The notes below the pieces were generated by a model that made no database searches, was not told where the DNA came from, and saw nothing but the letters and a program-made list of their open reading frames with translations. From a bacterium (lineage in GTDB: Bacteria > Patescibacteriota > Minisyncoccia > CAYZDR01), in assembly GCA_043806975.1 (NCBI GenBank), contig JAZDGL010000050.1:1-36322 (forward strand): a stretch of DNA of 36,322 nt. The letters run 5' to 3'. The translations under genes were made by a program, and so were the position numbers. This document shows positions 18,794 through 26,730 of the stretch, piece by piece (the first letter of the stretch is position 1; each line of letters begins with the position of its first letter).

Positions 18794-19450
18794 TTACATC
18801 GGTCCGTAAAAAGCCGATGTATGTTTCCCATAAGCTGCCCAAAGGCGGTCTCCATAGGAATAATGCCACCATTCGGCGGGATAGTTTTGAAATCCCGCTT
18901 TGACCATGGCGTTTAAAAGAATATCCCTAAATTCGCATTCCTTTTTTGAAATTGTCCTTGCAAACATTGGAGTTTTTTCCGAAAACTCCTGAACTTTAGT
19001 TCCCAAGAATAGCTCATTTCCGTTTTTATCTCCAAGCGTGACATCAATGGCTCCGCCTGTTTGATGCCCGCCGCCCAGTCCGACAGGTTTTGCGGCGAAT
19101 AGCCTGGCTATTCTTTCTACCTCTTCTTGACCTGCGTCAGGCTCCATTTCTTTGGCCTTTAAAAGCGCTCTATTCCAAAGCTCTTGCTGTCTTTCTCTGC
19201 TTCGAAAACCTTCCACAAAAATTAAAGTGAATTCCGCGGGAAGATTGTTTGAAACTTCTTTGAGCATTCCATAAACCTTTTCACGGCACCGATAATCCTT
19301 TGTAGCGTATCGTGCGATTCTCAGTTTTTCCGTTTCCACAATTTCAACTAATGTTTCGCCGTTATCTTGGATGGGTATCGCATTTATCTTATTGCGCGGC
19401 AATACACCTCGCAATTCCAAAAACCTGACACATTTTTCTTTAACTTGCAT
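18794..19450 (-). CDS. D-alanyl-D-alanine dipeptidase, M15 (VanX/DdpX-like)
   Basis: EGFRSRERQ, HQTGGAIDVTL, EWWHYSYGD. Confidence 0.88.
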   Translation of the reverse strand: MQVKEKCVRFLELRGVLPRNKINAIPIQDNGETLVEIVETEKLRIARYATKDYRCREKVYGMLKEVSNNLPAEFTLIFVEGFRSRERQQELWNRALLKAKEMEPDAGQEEVERIARLFAAKPVGLGGGHQTGGAIDVTLGDKNGNELFLGTKVQEFSEKTPMFARTISKKECEFRDILLNAMVKAGFQNYPAEWWHYSYGDRLWAAYGKHTSAFYGPM

Positions 19451-19479
19451 AAGAAATTTAATATTAAAAGAGTTAATTG

Positions 19480-20043
19480 TTATTCGCCTCCTTTCATAAT
19501 ACTACCATTGCTTCGATACATGTCAATTGTGTATTCCATCTGGATTTCATCAACTCGATTACCAAGCTCAAATCGCGATTTCTTAAATCTTCCGCATTCG
19601 CGGAATCCTAATTTTTGGTACAACTTTATCGCCTTTTTATTCGCCTCCGAAACGGACAAATGAATGGCAAATAAATCGCACTCTTCAAAAGCCCAAGAAA
19701 TCATAAGTTTTGAAGCCAGGAAAGCATGACCGGCTCTTTGAAATTGAGGCTCTGCCACGGCAATCCGAAAAATTCCGATCCTATGTCTTTTACGGATAAA
19801 TAAACCCGTGTAGCCGATTGGTTCCCACGAATCTTTTTCTTTCGCAACAACTATCCAGCTATCCTTTTTATGGCTTTCCGCGTAAGAGACAGAATCCGAC
19901 TGAGTAAATGGAAACGGATCGATGTCTCCCATAAAAAGGTAGATTTGTTCGTTGTTCATCCATTTAAAAATAAGCTGGTTTGTATCACTTGCAAATGGCG
20001 CGAGTCCAGTGTTCTTGAAGATTAATCTAGGGGTATACAGCAT
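19480..20043 (-). CDS. GNAT N-acetyltransferase, RimJ/RimL/SpeG-like
   Basis: ATG at 20043 after AAGGAG. FQRAGHA, NKKAIKLYQKLGF. Confidence 0.82.
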   Translation of the reverse strand: MLYTPRLIFKNTGLAPFASDTNQLIFKWMNNEQIYLFMGDIDPFPFTQSDSVSYAESHKKDSWIVVAKEKDSWEPIGYTGLFIRKRHRIGIFRIAVAEPQFQRAGHAFLASKLMISWAFEECDLFAIHLSVSEANKKAIKLYQKLGFRECGRFKKSRFELGNRVDEIQMEYTIDMYRSNGSIMKGGE

Positions 20044-20196
20044 TTTTTTCTCCTTCTTGTGATTATTAAAGCAACAAAACAAAATTACCTCCTAAGTAAT
20101 TTAAAAATAGCATATTTTTCTATTTTGTCAACCAAAAACGTCTTGTTAAGTATTGGAATCGTTTATTCCTGAGTGAACTTGTCTCAATTTTTCAAC

Positions 20197-20224
20197 ATAA
20201 AACTTATTTTAAAATAAGTTTTAT
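20197..20224. promoter_or_regulatory. Perfect 28-bp AT-rich palindrome in a divergent intergenic region
   Basis: ataaaacttattttaaaataagttttat equals its own reverse complement. Confidence 0.4.
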
Positions 20225-20395
20225 TAGGTTTGCGTGGGGGATTTGTCAGAAAAATGTCTAAAATAATACATTTTTGGGTGAATTCAAGGTATTTACTCAA
20301 ATAATAATTTATGTTAAGATGAGTTGATATTTTTTAAGCAAAAAGGAGGGGTTAGCGATTTAAGGGAGGATGGGAGGCTAGAATTTTTTGTTTTT

Positions 20396-21814
20396 ATGAT
20401 AAAAAAGCAGACGAAGATTATTGCGACGATTTCAGATTTAAAATGCGAACTAGAATTTTTAAAAGAGTTATACGAAAACGGGATGGATGCGGTGCGGCTT
20501 AATACGGCGCATCAAACACCCGAGGATACTTTAAAAATAATTGAAAATGTGCGAAAGGTTTCTGATCGGATTGCGATTATCGTTGATATTAAGGGTCCGG
20601 AAATTAGGACGACAAAATTGGAAGAGCCGCTATTTTTGCAAAAAGGCGATTTGATTAAAATTTCAGGAGGAACTCGGGATAGCGTTTCTTCTAGGGATAC
20701 GGTCTATGTAAATTATTCGGATTTTGTTAAAGATGTCGCGCAGGGGGCGAGAATTTTGATTGACGATGGAAAATTGGAGTTAGAAGCGATTGAAAAAAAT
20801 GATGAGTATTTGCTTTGCCGAGCGCTTGGAAACGGAGAAATCAAGGGGCGCAAGGGCGTGAATACTCCGGGAACGCATATTAATTTGCCATCTTTAAGCG
20901 AAAAAGACAAAGAATATGTTTTGTTTTCAATTGAACATAATGTTGATTTTATCGCGCATTCTTTCGTTAGAAATAAAAAAGATGTGATGGCGGTGCAGGA
21001 AATTTTAGATGGGCATAAGAGCCCGATAAAAATAATCGCTAAAATAGAAAATCAGGAGGGCGTGGAAAACATTGATGAGATTTTGGATTCGGCGTATGCG
21101 ATTATGGTAGCGCGCGGCGATATGGCAGTTGAGATTTCTGCTGAAAAGGTGCCTTTGATTCAGAAAAAACTGATCAAAAAGTGTCTTGCGCGAAATAAAA
21201 CGGTTATTACGGCGACGCAAATACTACAAAGTATGGTGAAGAATTGCTGGCCGACAAGAGCGGAAATTAGCGATATTGCCAATGCTGTTTTGGATGGGAC
21301 TGACGCTTTGATGCTTTCGGATGAAACAACGCAGGGAGAATATCCTGTGGATGCGGTGAGGATTATGGCAAAAGTTGCGCGGTATGCGGAGGGAGAAAAG
21401 GTGCTTTGCGAACATTCTACGGATGATTCGGATGGAGGAGATAATAAAATAGCGGATTGTCTTGCTGGGTCGGCAGCGCTGGCGGCGAAGGAATTGGGAG
21501 CGAAGGGGATTATTGTCAGCACAAAAAGCGGCTATTCTGCGGAGTTGATTTCTTCTTTTCGCGGCAATGTCCCGATTATTTTAAAATGTTTTGATAAGAA
21601 AAAAGTTCGCGAGTTTGCTTTGGTTTCCGGCGTGAATGCGCAATATATTGATCCCGAGGCGAAAATAGATAATTTGGTCGGGTATGTATTGGCGGATCTT
21701 GTTAAAGAAGGTGTTTTTTTCAAGGAAGATCTTGTAATTTTCCTTTCCAGCGACTTAAAAGAACCTGTCACTACAAATATTTTGGAGGTTTGCAGAGTAG
21801 GGAGGTATGTGTAG
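20396..21814 (+). CDS. pyk: Pyruvate kinase
   Basis: TKIIATI, RLNTAH, DIKGPEIRT, IIAKIEN, MVARGD, TRAEISDIANAVLDG. ATG 20396 preferred over the track start. Confidence 0.96.
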   Translation: MIKKQTKIIATISDLKCELEFLKELYENGMDAVRLNTAHQTPEDTLKIIENVRKVSDRIAIIVDIKGPEIRTTKLEEPLFLQKGDLIKISGGTRDSVSSRDTVYVNYSDFVKDVAQGARILIDDGKLELEAIEKNDEYLLCRALGNGEIKGRKGVNTPGTHINLPSLSEKDKEYVLFSIEHNVDFIAHSFVRNKKDVMAVQEILDGHKSPIKIIAKIENQEGVENIDEILDSAYAIMVARGDMAVEISAEKVPLIQKKLIKKCLARNKTVITATQILQSMVKNCWPTRAEISDIANAVLDGTDALMLSDETTQGEYPVDAVRIMAKVARYAEGEKVLCEHSTDDSDGGDNKIADCLAGSAALAAKELGAKGIIVSTKSGYSAELISSFRGNVPIILKCFDKKKVREFALVSGVNAQYIDPEAKIDNLVGYVLADLVKEGVFFKEDLVIFLSSDLKEPVTTNILEVCRVGRYV

Positions 21815-21836
21815 AAGTTCGCGCAAGGATTTTTTA

Positions 21837-21865
21837 TTGACCAATTGGATATTTTTGTGTATTAT
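21837..21865 (+). promoter_or_regulatory. Putative sigma70 promoter for the tRNA cluster
   Basis: TTGACC-17 bp-TATTAT (overlapping TATAAT), about 48 bp upstream of tRNA-Lys. Confidence 0.55.
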
Positions 21866-21912
21866 AATTTTGTTAGTAAAACTAGCATTGTTTCGTTGTT
21901 TGTCAGTGTATT

Positions 21913-21985
21913 GCGCGCATAGCTCAGTCGGCAGAGCAACAGCCTTTTAAGCTGATGGTCGAGGGTTCAATTCCCCCTGCGCGCA
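21913..21985 (+). tRNA. tRNA-Lys(UUU)
   Basis: Acceptor gcgcgca/tgcgcgc, D-arm agctcagtcggcagagc, anticodon loop cTTTtaa read as ct-TTT-aa, T-loop ttcaatt. CCA not encoded. Confidence 0.92.
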
Positions 21986-21999
21986 CAATTTTTGTCAAA

Positions 22000-22132
22000 G
22001 AGCGAAGCGATTTGCAACAAAAATTAGTGCCCCGTCTCGCTAGATGATGGGGCAGAGGGAAGCATTTTTTTGGCTAATTGGAAACTTTACAATTTATTGA
22101 TAAAATGCGTTGAGCGAAGCGATTTGCAACAA
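22000..22132 (+). repeat. 21-bp direct repeat gagcgaagcgatttgcaacaa
   Basis: Exact copies at 22000-22020 and 22112-22132. Confidence 0.8.
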
Positions 22133-22156
22133 TTGAAGCGATGTTTAGGAAATCAC

Positions 22157-22188
22157 ACCTCCCCTTACCCCTCCTCCGAAAGGAGGGG
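22157..22188 (+). repeat. C-tail + hairpin unit
   Basis: acctccccttacccctcctccgaaaggagggg. Confidence 0.7.
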
Positions 22189-22211
22189 CGCAAAGACTTT
22201 AAAATAATTTT

Positions 22212-22286
22212 GGCCCCATCGTCTAGTGGTTAGGACATCAGGTTTTCATCCTGGAAACCGGGGTTCAATTCCCCGTGGGGCTACCA
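22212..22286 (+). tRNA. tRNA-Glu(UUC)
   Basis: ggccccatcgtctagtggttaggac, anticodon loop tt-TTC-at, ggttcaattcc, encoded CCA. Confidence 0.95.
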
Positions 22287-22292
22287 ATAATT

Positions 22293-22325
22293 TCCCCCTT
22301 TAAAAAGGGGGATTAAGGGGGTTTT
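22293..22325 (-). repeat. C-tail + hairpin unit (reverse orientation)
   Basis: tccccctttaaaaagggggattaagggggtttt. Confidence 0.8.
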
Positions 22326-22349
22326 TAAATAAGTTAATAGGAAAAATTT

Positions 22350-22661
22350 ATGAAAAAATCAGGGTTAATTTTAAAAAGTTTTTTGTGTTCAATAGGATTG
22401 GTTGGTTATATTATGTTGGTGTCAGCAATTTTGAATAATGCTGAAAAATGGTTTGGTTCGGTTAATAAATTTTGGGGTCCTGTCGCGATGCTATTGTTAT
22501 TCGTTTTTTCTGCGCTAATTTCAGGGATGCTGGTGCTTGGTTATCCGATATGGTTATATTTGGAACAAAAGAAAAAAGAGGCTATCTCAATGCTTGGTTA
22601 TAATGTAGGGTGGATTTTTGTTATTTTGGTTGTTGCTTTCGTAGTATTGGGAATTTTCTAA
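22350..22661 (+). CDS. Small membrane protein (about 3 TM), unknown function
   Basis: Hydrophobic 103-aa ORF with host-like codon usage. Confidence 0.75.
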   Translation: MKKSGLILKSFLCSIGLVGYIMLVSAILNNAEKWFGSVNKFWGPVAMLLLFVFSALISGMLVLGYPIWLYLEQKKKEAISMLGYNVGWIFVILVVAFVVLGIF

Positions 22662-22664
22662 TCA

Positions 22665-22716
22665 CTTCTCCTTTTTACCTCCCAAGGCGGTCTGCCTTGG
22701 GTAGAAGATGGATTTT
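22665..22716 (-). repeat. Partial MITE core with CCCAAGGC palindrome
   Basis: cctcccaaggcggtctgccttgggtagaaga, identical to the copy at 12129-12159. Confidence 0.8.
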
Positions 22717-22760
22717 TTATAGTTGTTCATTCGATCATTGAAAATTGATCATTGAATTAC

Positions 22761-22833
22761 GCGCTCATAGCTCAATCGGCAGAGCAGGGGCCTCTTAAGC
22801 CCAAGGTTGGGGGTTCAATTCCCTCTGGGCGCA
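22761..22833 (+). tRNA. tRNA-Lys(CUU)
   Basis: gcgctcatagctcaatcggcagagc, anticodon loop ct-CTT-aa, ggttcaattcc. CCA not encoded. Confidence 0.92.
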
Positions 22834-22866
22834 CAGACTAGTTTTAATGTTATGAAGCAAATAAAA

Positions 22867-22925
22867 ATAGCTGCCGCAAAACAAATTTATTTTAAAATCC
22901 CCCAGCCCCCTTTTTAAAGGGGGAA
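22867..22925 (+). repeat. One-ended TATAG MITE copy
   Basis: atagctgccgcaaaacaaatttattttaaaatcccccagccccctttttaaaggggg. Second TIR absent. Confidence 0.78.
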
Positions 22926-22967
22926 GTAAAAATATTTTATTCTTGTTTTATTCGGGATGGAAAATTA

Positions 22968-24602
22968 TCAATCGCATTTCCAAACCCAAACCATCTCGCT
23001 TATTTTTTCCAAACATTCTTTCGGTAAAGCGGGAAGCGGGATATTTTCTCCTGTAAAAATATACAGCGGTTCGCGGTTATAAAGGGCTATCAGCTCTTTT
23101 TTTCTTTCAAACCATATCGGATTATTTTCATCCCAAAAACTTTTCCAAACATCATATGGCCATAAGTTTTCAAAAAGTCCTGGCGCGATTATTCTGTGGG
23201 GCGTCCATCCGTATATCCACGAAGAATTAGTTGATGACATTGCGAGGGCGGTTCCTTCGGGAAGCTGCGCGAGATTTTGCATTTCTTTTAACTCTTGAGC
23301 GGATATTTCAGGCTTAATAGACAGTGCAGTTTTAAATCCGATAAAAGCGCTAGAAAAAATTAGGATAAAGACAAAAAATGATTTATATAATTTTGGAAGT
23401 GAATTGTGGTTTAAGATTTTGGCGATTGGCGGCATTGCTAAAAAAATCACTGCTAAATCTAAAAAAATAATAATTCTTTTGTAAAATATGAGCTGGAATA
23501 GAATCCAAATTAAGCAAACAGTTGAAAAAGCGAAAAATATATCTAGCTCTTTTTCTCGGATTTTCTCTAAATATCCAAATAGCGCCAAGGGAATAATTGA
23601 GGCGGAAAGAAGCAGGTAGTCTTTTGGGGCAAGGAAGATGCCTTCTTTAACCGCGAAAGGATCAAAATCCTTGAAATTGCTTAAGATTTCTTTTAGAAGT
23701 ATTTTAACGGCAGGAAAATTAACCCAAATCCCAATAGCAAAAAATATCAGCGCTAGAAGCAGATAAAAAGATCTTTTTTTGATTTTTTGCGTATTAAAAT
23801 TTTGGAAAAAGCAGATTAAGGCGAAAAAAATAAGAACGGCGGAGGCGATAAAAGTAGTTGTTCTGTGGGCGAGTAAAATCAGCGATAGTGCGCCTAAACA
23901 GGTTATTTGCAATTTTAAGATGGTTTTTTTGTTTGGGTTTGCGCGGCTTGTCTGTTTTAGAAATTTAATGAAAGCAAGAAAGAAAAAAATAAGTAAAGAT
24001 ATTGCAATGATGTTTTTTATAAAAAGATACTGAAATGTTAGAAATTGGATAGGGGATGCGGCAAATAAAAATGCGCCGATAATCCCAGCGGAGTCAGAAT
24101 GTATTTCTTTGCCAATTAAATAAATTCCGAATATGGAAATTAGCGTAAACGCAGCGGGGATAAGGAAGATTGAAATGTTGGCGGGAATTTTGGCGATGCG
24201 GAATAAATCAAAAATTTTCCTTACAAGCCATGAATTTTCCATAATATGAAAAGGTGTTCCGGGCGGGCGGTGATTTTTGAAAACTAGATAATTTCTGTAA
24301 TATCCCGTGTCAAAACCTGTGTAAATTTGCTGGTGCTTTATTAGCGGAATAATTTGGATGGAAATTGCTGTAAAAAAAATGAAAAAAAACAGGAGCAATT
24401 TAAGTGGAAAAGATTTGATATTGGCGGGCAGAGCAGCAGCAGTTTTGTTGGTTTTTGCTTGCGCGGATTTTAATAGAAAGAAGCAGAAAACTGCCCAAGT
24501 TATAAACAAAATTTGCCAAATTTTTAGCATCGGCAAAGAAAAAAACGCGATTGCAATTAAATATATTCCCAAGATGGATTCTTGCATAATTTTGTTATCC
24601 AC
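22968..24602 (-). CDS. Polytopic membrane protein, putative GT-C fold glycosyltransferase
   Basis: More than 10 TM segments, GFDTGYY in the first large loop, AGIIGAFLFAASP, soluble C-terminal domain. Confidence 0.6.
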   Translation of the reverse strand: MDNKIMQESILGIYLIAIAFFSLPMLKIWQILFITWAVFCFFLLKSAQAKTNKTAAALPANIKSFPLKLLLFFFIFFTAISIQIIPLIKHQQIYTGFDTGYYRNYLVFKNHRPPGTPFHIMENSWLVRKIFDLFRIAKIPANISIFLIPAAFTLISIFGIYLIGKEIHSDSAGIIGAFLFAASPIQFLTFQYLFIKNIIAISLLIFFFLAFIKFLKQTSRANPNKKTILKLQITCLGALSLILLAHRTTTFIASAVLIFFALICFFQNFNTQKIKKRSFYLLLALIFFAIGIWVNFPAVKILLKEILSNFKDFDPFAVKEGIFLAPKDYLLLSASIIPLALFGYLEKIREKELDIFFAFSTVCLIWILFQLIFYKRIIIFLDLAVIFLAMPPIAKILNHNSLPKLYKSFFVFILIFSSAFIGFKTALSIKPEISAQELKEMQNLAQLPEGTALAMSSTNSSWIYGWTPHRIIAPGLFENLWPYDVWKSFWDENNPIWFERKKELIALYNREPLYIFTGENIPLPALPKECLEKISEMVWVWKCD

Positions 24603-24661
24603 TTTTATTATAATCTAAATTCAGCTATAATGAAATTATAATAAAATAATTATTAAATTTT

Positions 24662-25732
24662 ATGTCTTTAACGCAAACAAAAACGCAAACTAGCGTAAAA
24701 ACAAAAGTTGCCGTCGGGATGATAACGGCAGGGATTGCGGTGGTCGCAGCCGCTTTGGTTTTTGGAGGAGCCAGCGCAAAAGTTTCTATGCAGCTTATTC
24801 CAATAAGCGCAAATGAAGTTGTTGATAATTCTTTCGGAACGACGATTGCCTCTATCGTATTAAAAGCAGGGCAAAAAGATATTTTAGTTACAAAAATTCC
24901 TATAGAAATATCTCTTTCTTCTTCTGCGTCGGGGGAAATAGGCGATTTGGTAAAAAATTTAAACTTGGAAACCACAGGGTATGTTTGTTATCAAGAACAT
25001 TATTCAGGCAGCGGATATGGATATTCAGGCGGTTCTTATGGTTATAACAATGGAAATCAAAGCAAAGGGGGGAAATATTTTTGCGAAACTGTTTTGAGTT
25101 ATGGCTACCCGCGAATGGAGCAGATCGGATTTGCGGGGAGAGTGTCGCAGAAGCTCCCTACTCAGGCAGGTGATGTGATTTCGTTGTCGCACAAGCTTAT
25201 AATTCCCGCGGGGCAGGCGCGAACCATAAATATCAAAGTTGACCTAGGGAATTTTAAGGGGAAGGAAAACAAAATTAAGGTTTATTTCGGTTCTAGCTCT
25301 AAATTTGGAATAGAATATACCGACGGGTCTAAGGCGCAGGCAAGCATTACTGCTCAGCATAAATGGATAAAGATAAAGCCAAGCAGCCAGTCTAAATTAT
25401 TGCCAGATTTGATCATTGAAAGAGCAGTTGTAAGCAGAATAACCAATAACAGCGCTAGAGCGATTATTTCTATCAAAAATACGGGGGAAGCTGATGCGAA
25501 TTTTAAAAAAATCCCGCTTTCTTTTGCAATATCAAATAATGGGGTAGTATTTAGTCCAATTGTCTTTAATGAGCTGAATTTAAATCTCAAAAAGAATCAA
25601 GGGAAGGTTTTAACTTTTACTTTTAAATCTGTTTCTGGGGCAAATCAGTTAAAATTTACAGTTGATGGGCAAAATGCGATGGAAGAATCAAACGAGAACA
25701 ATAATTCGTATTCTAAAATAGCAGATTTTTAA
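24662..25732 (+). CDS. Secreted/surface protein with C-terminal CARDB-like Ig domain
   Basis: N-terminal hydrophobic signal/anchor. LPDLII..IKNTG..VDGQNAMEESNENNN. Confidence 0.72.
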   Translation: MSLTQTKTQTSVKTKVAVGMITAGIAVVAAALVFGGASAKVSMQLIPISANEVVDNSFGTTIASIVLKAGQKDILVTKIPIEISLSSSASGEIGDLVKNLNLETTGYVCYQEHYSGSGYGYSGGSYGYNNGNQSKGGKYFCETVLSYGYPRMEQIGFAGRVSQKLPTQAGDVISLSHKLIIPAGQARTINIKVDLGNFKGKENKIKVYFGSSSKFGIEYTDGSKAQASITAQHKWIKIKPSSQSKLLPDLIIERAVVSRITNNSARAIISIKNTGEADANFKKIPLSFAISNNGVVFSPIVFNELNLNLKKNQGKVLTFTFKSVSGANQLKFTVDGQNAMEESNENNNSYSKIADF

Positions 25733-25756
25733 AAAAAGTTTGCGCAAGGGCGGAGG

Positions 25757-26719
25757 ATGAATTTAAATGTTTTCACAATCGGTTTGTGTTTGATAATCGC
25801 GGGAATCTTTATTTATTTTCAAAGATATTTTTTGAATATCGGCAATAAAATTGGCAATAAAAAAATAAATTTTTTGGGTCAGTTTTCCAAAGATCTTACC
25901 GAAATGGCAAAGTTGGGGAAAATAGATCCTGTAATTGGAAGAGAGCTGGAGATAGAAAGAGTAATACAAATTCTTTCAAGGAGGACTAAAAATAATCCGA
26001 TTTTGATAGGAGAGCCCGGCGTGGGGAAAACTGCTGTTGCCGAAGGTTTGGCGCTCGCCATATCAAAGGGCGAGGTTCCGAAATCTTTGAAAGATAAAAC
26101 AGTTCTTTGTCTTGATCTTGCCGCGATTGTTGCAGGGACTAAATATAGAGGGGAGTTTGAAAAAAGGATAAAAGACTTAATTGACGAGATAGTTTCCGCA
26201 AAACGATCCATCATTTTGTTTATAGACGAAATTCATATGATTGCTATGGATCCGAAAGGGAATTCTGATTCCTCAACTAATATCGCGAACATTCTCAAGC
26301 CCGCGCTGGCGAGAGGGGACTTGCAAACAGTCGGAGCAACCACAACCAAAGAATATATCCAATTTTTCTCGCAGGACGAAACGCTTGCGAGAAGGTTTCA
26401 ATCTGTTATAATAGAGCAGCCTACCGTTGAGCAAACGATTAAGATATTAAACGGGATAAAAGATAAATATGAAGCTCATCACGAAGTAAGAATTTCAGGT
26501 GAAATTGTAGAGCTTATCGCTAATCTTGCTAATACAATTCCTGGGCGGGCGCTTCCAGATAAAGCGATTGATCTTTTAGATGAATCAGCGGCGAATGTGC
26601 GGTTAAATAATGTTGATGCAAAGGATTTTATTGATGTTTCCAAGGAAGATGTGCTAGATGTGTATAATGAATGGAAAAATAACGAAGTTTTTCCAGAAAA
26701 AGATTTGGAGATTTTGTAG
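25757..26719 (+). CDS. Clp/Hsp100-type AAA+ ATPase, NBD1 only, with N-terminal TM helix
   Basis: DPVIGR, RRTKNNPILIGEPGVGKT, AGTKYRGEFE, LFIDEIH, LARRF, LPDKAIDLLDE. Confidence 0.88.
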   Translation: MNLNVFTIGLCLIIAGIFIYFQRYFLNIGNKIGNKKINFLGQFSKDLTEMAKLGKIDPVIGRELEIERVIQILSRRTKNNPILIGEPGVGKTAVAEGLALAISKGEVPKSLKDKTVLCLDLAAIVAGTKYRGEFEKRIKDLIDEIVSAKRSIILFIDEIHMIAMDPKGNSDSSTNIANILKPALARGDLQTVGATTTKEYIQFFSQDETLARRFQSVIIEQPTVEQTIKILNGIKDKYEAHHEVRISGEIVELIANLANTIPGRALPDKAIDLLDESAANVRLNNVDAKDFIDVSKEDVLDVYNEWKNNEVFPEKDLEIL

Positions 26720-26730
26720 CTAAAATTATT

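Noticed and set aside
18634-18855. 73-aa minus-strand ORF
   Set aside because: It overlaps both neighbours and has no recognisable motif or SD.
6297-19450. Vancomycin-resistance cluster (VanW + VanX-like)
   Set aside because: The genes are 11 kb apart with no vanA/vanH ligase-dehydrogenase. Both families are widespread outside resistance loci.
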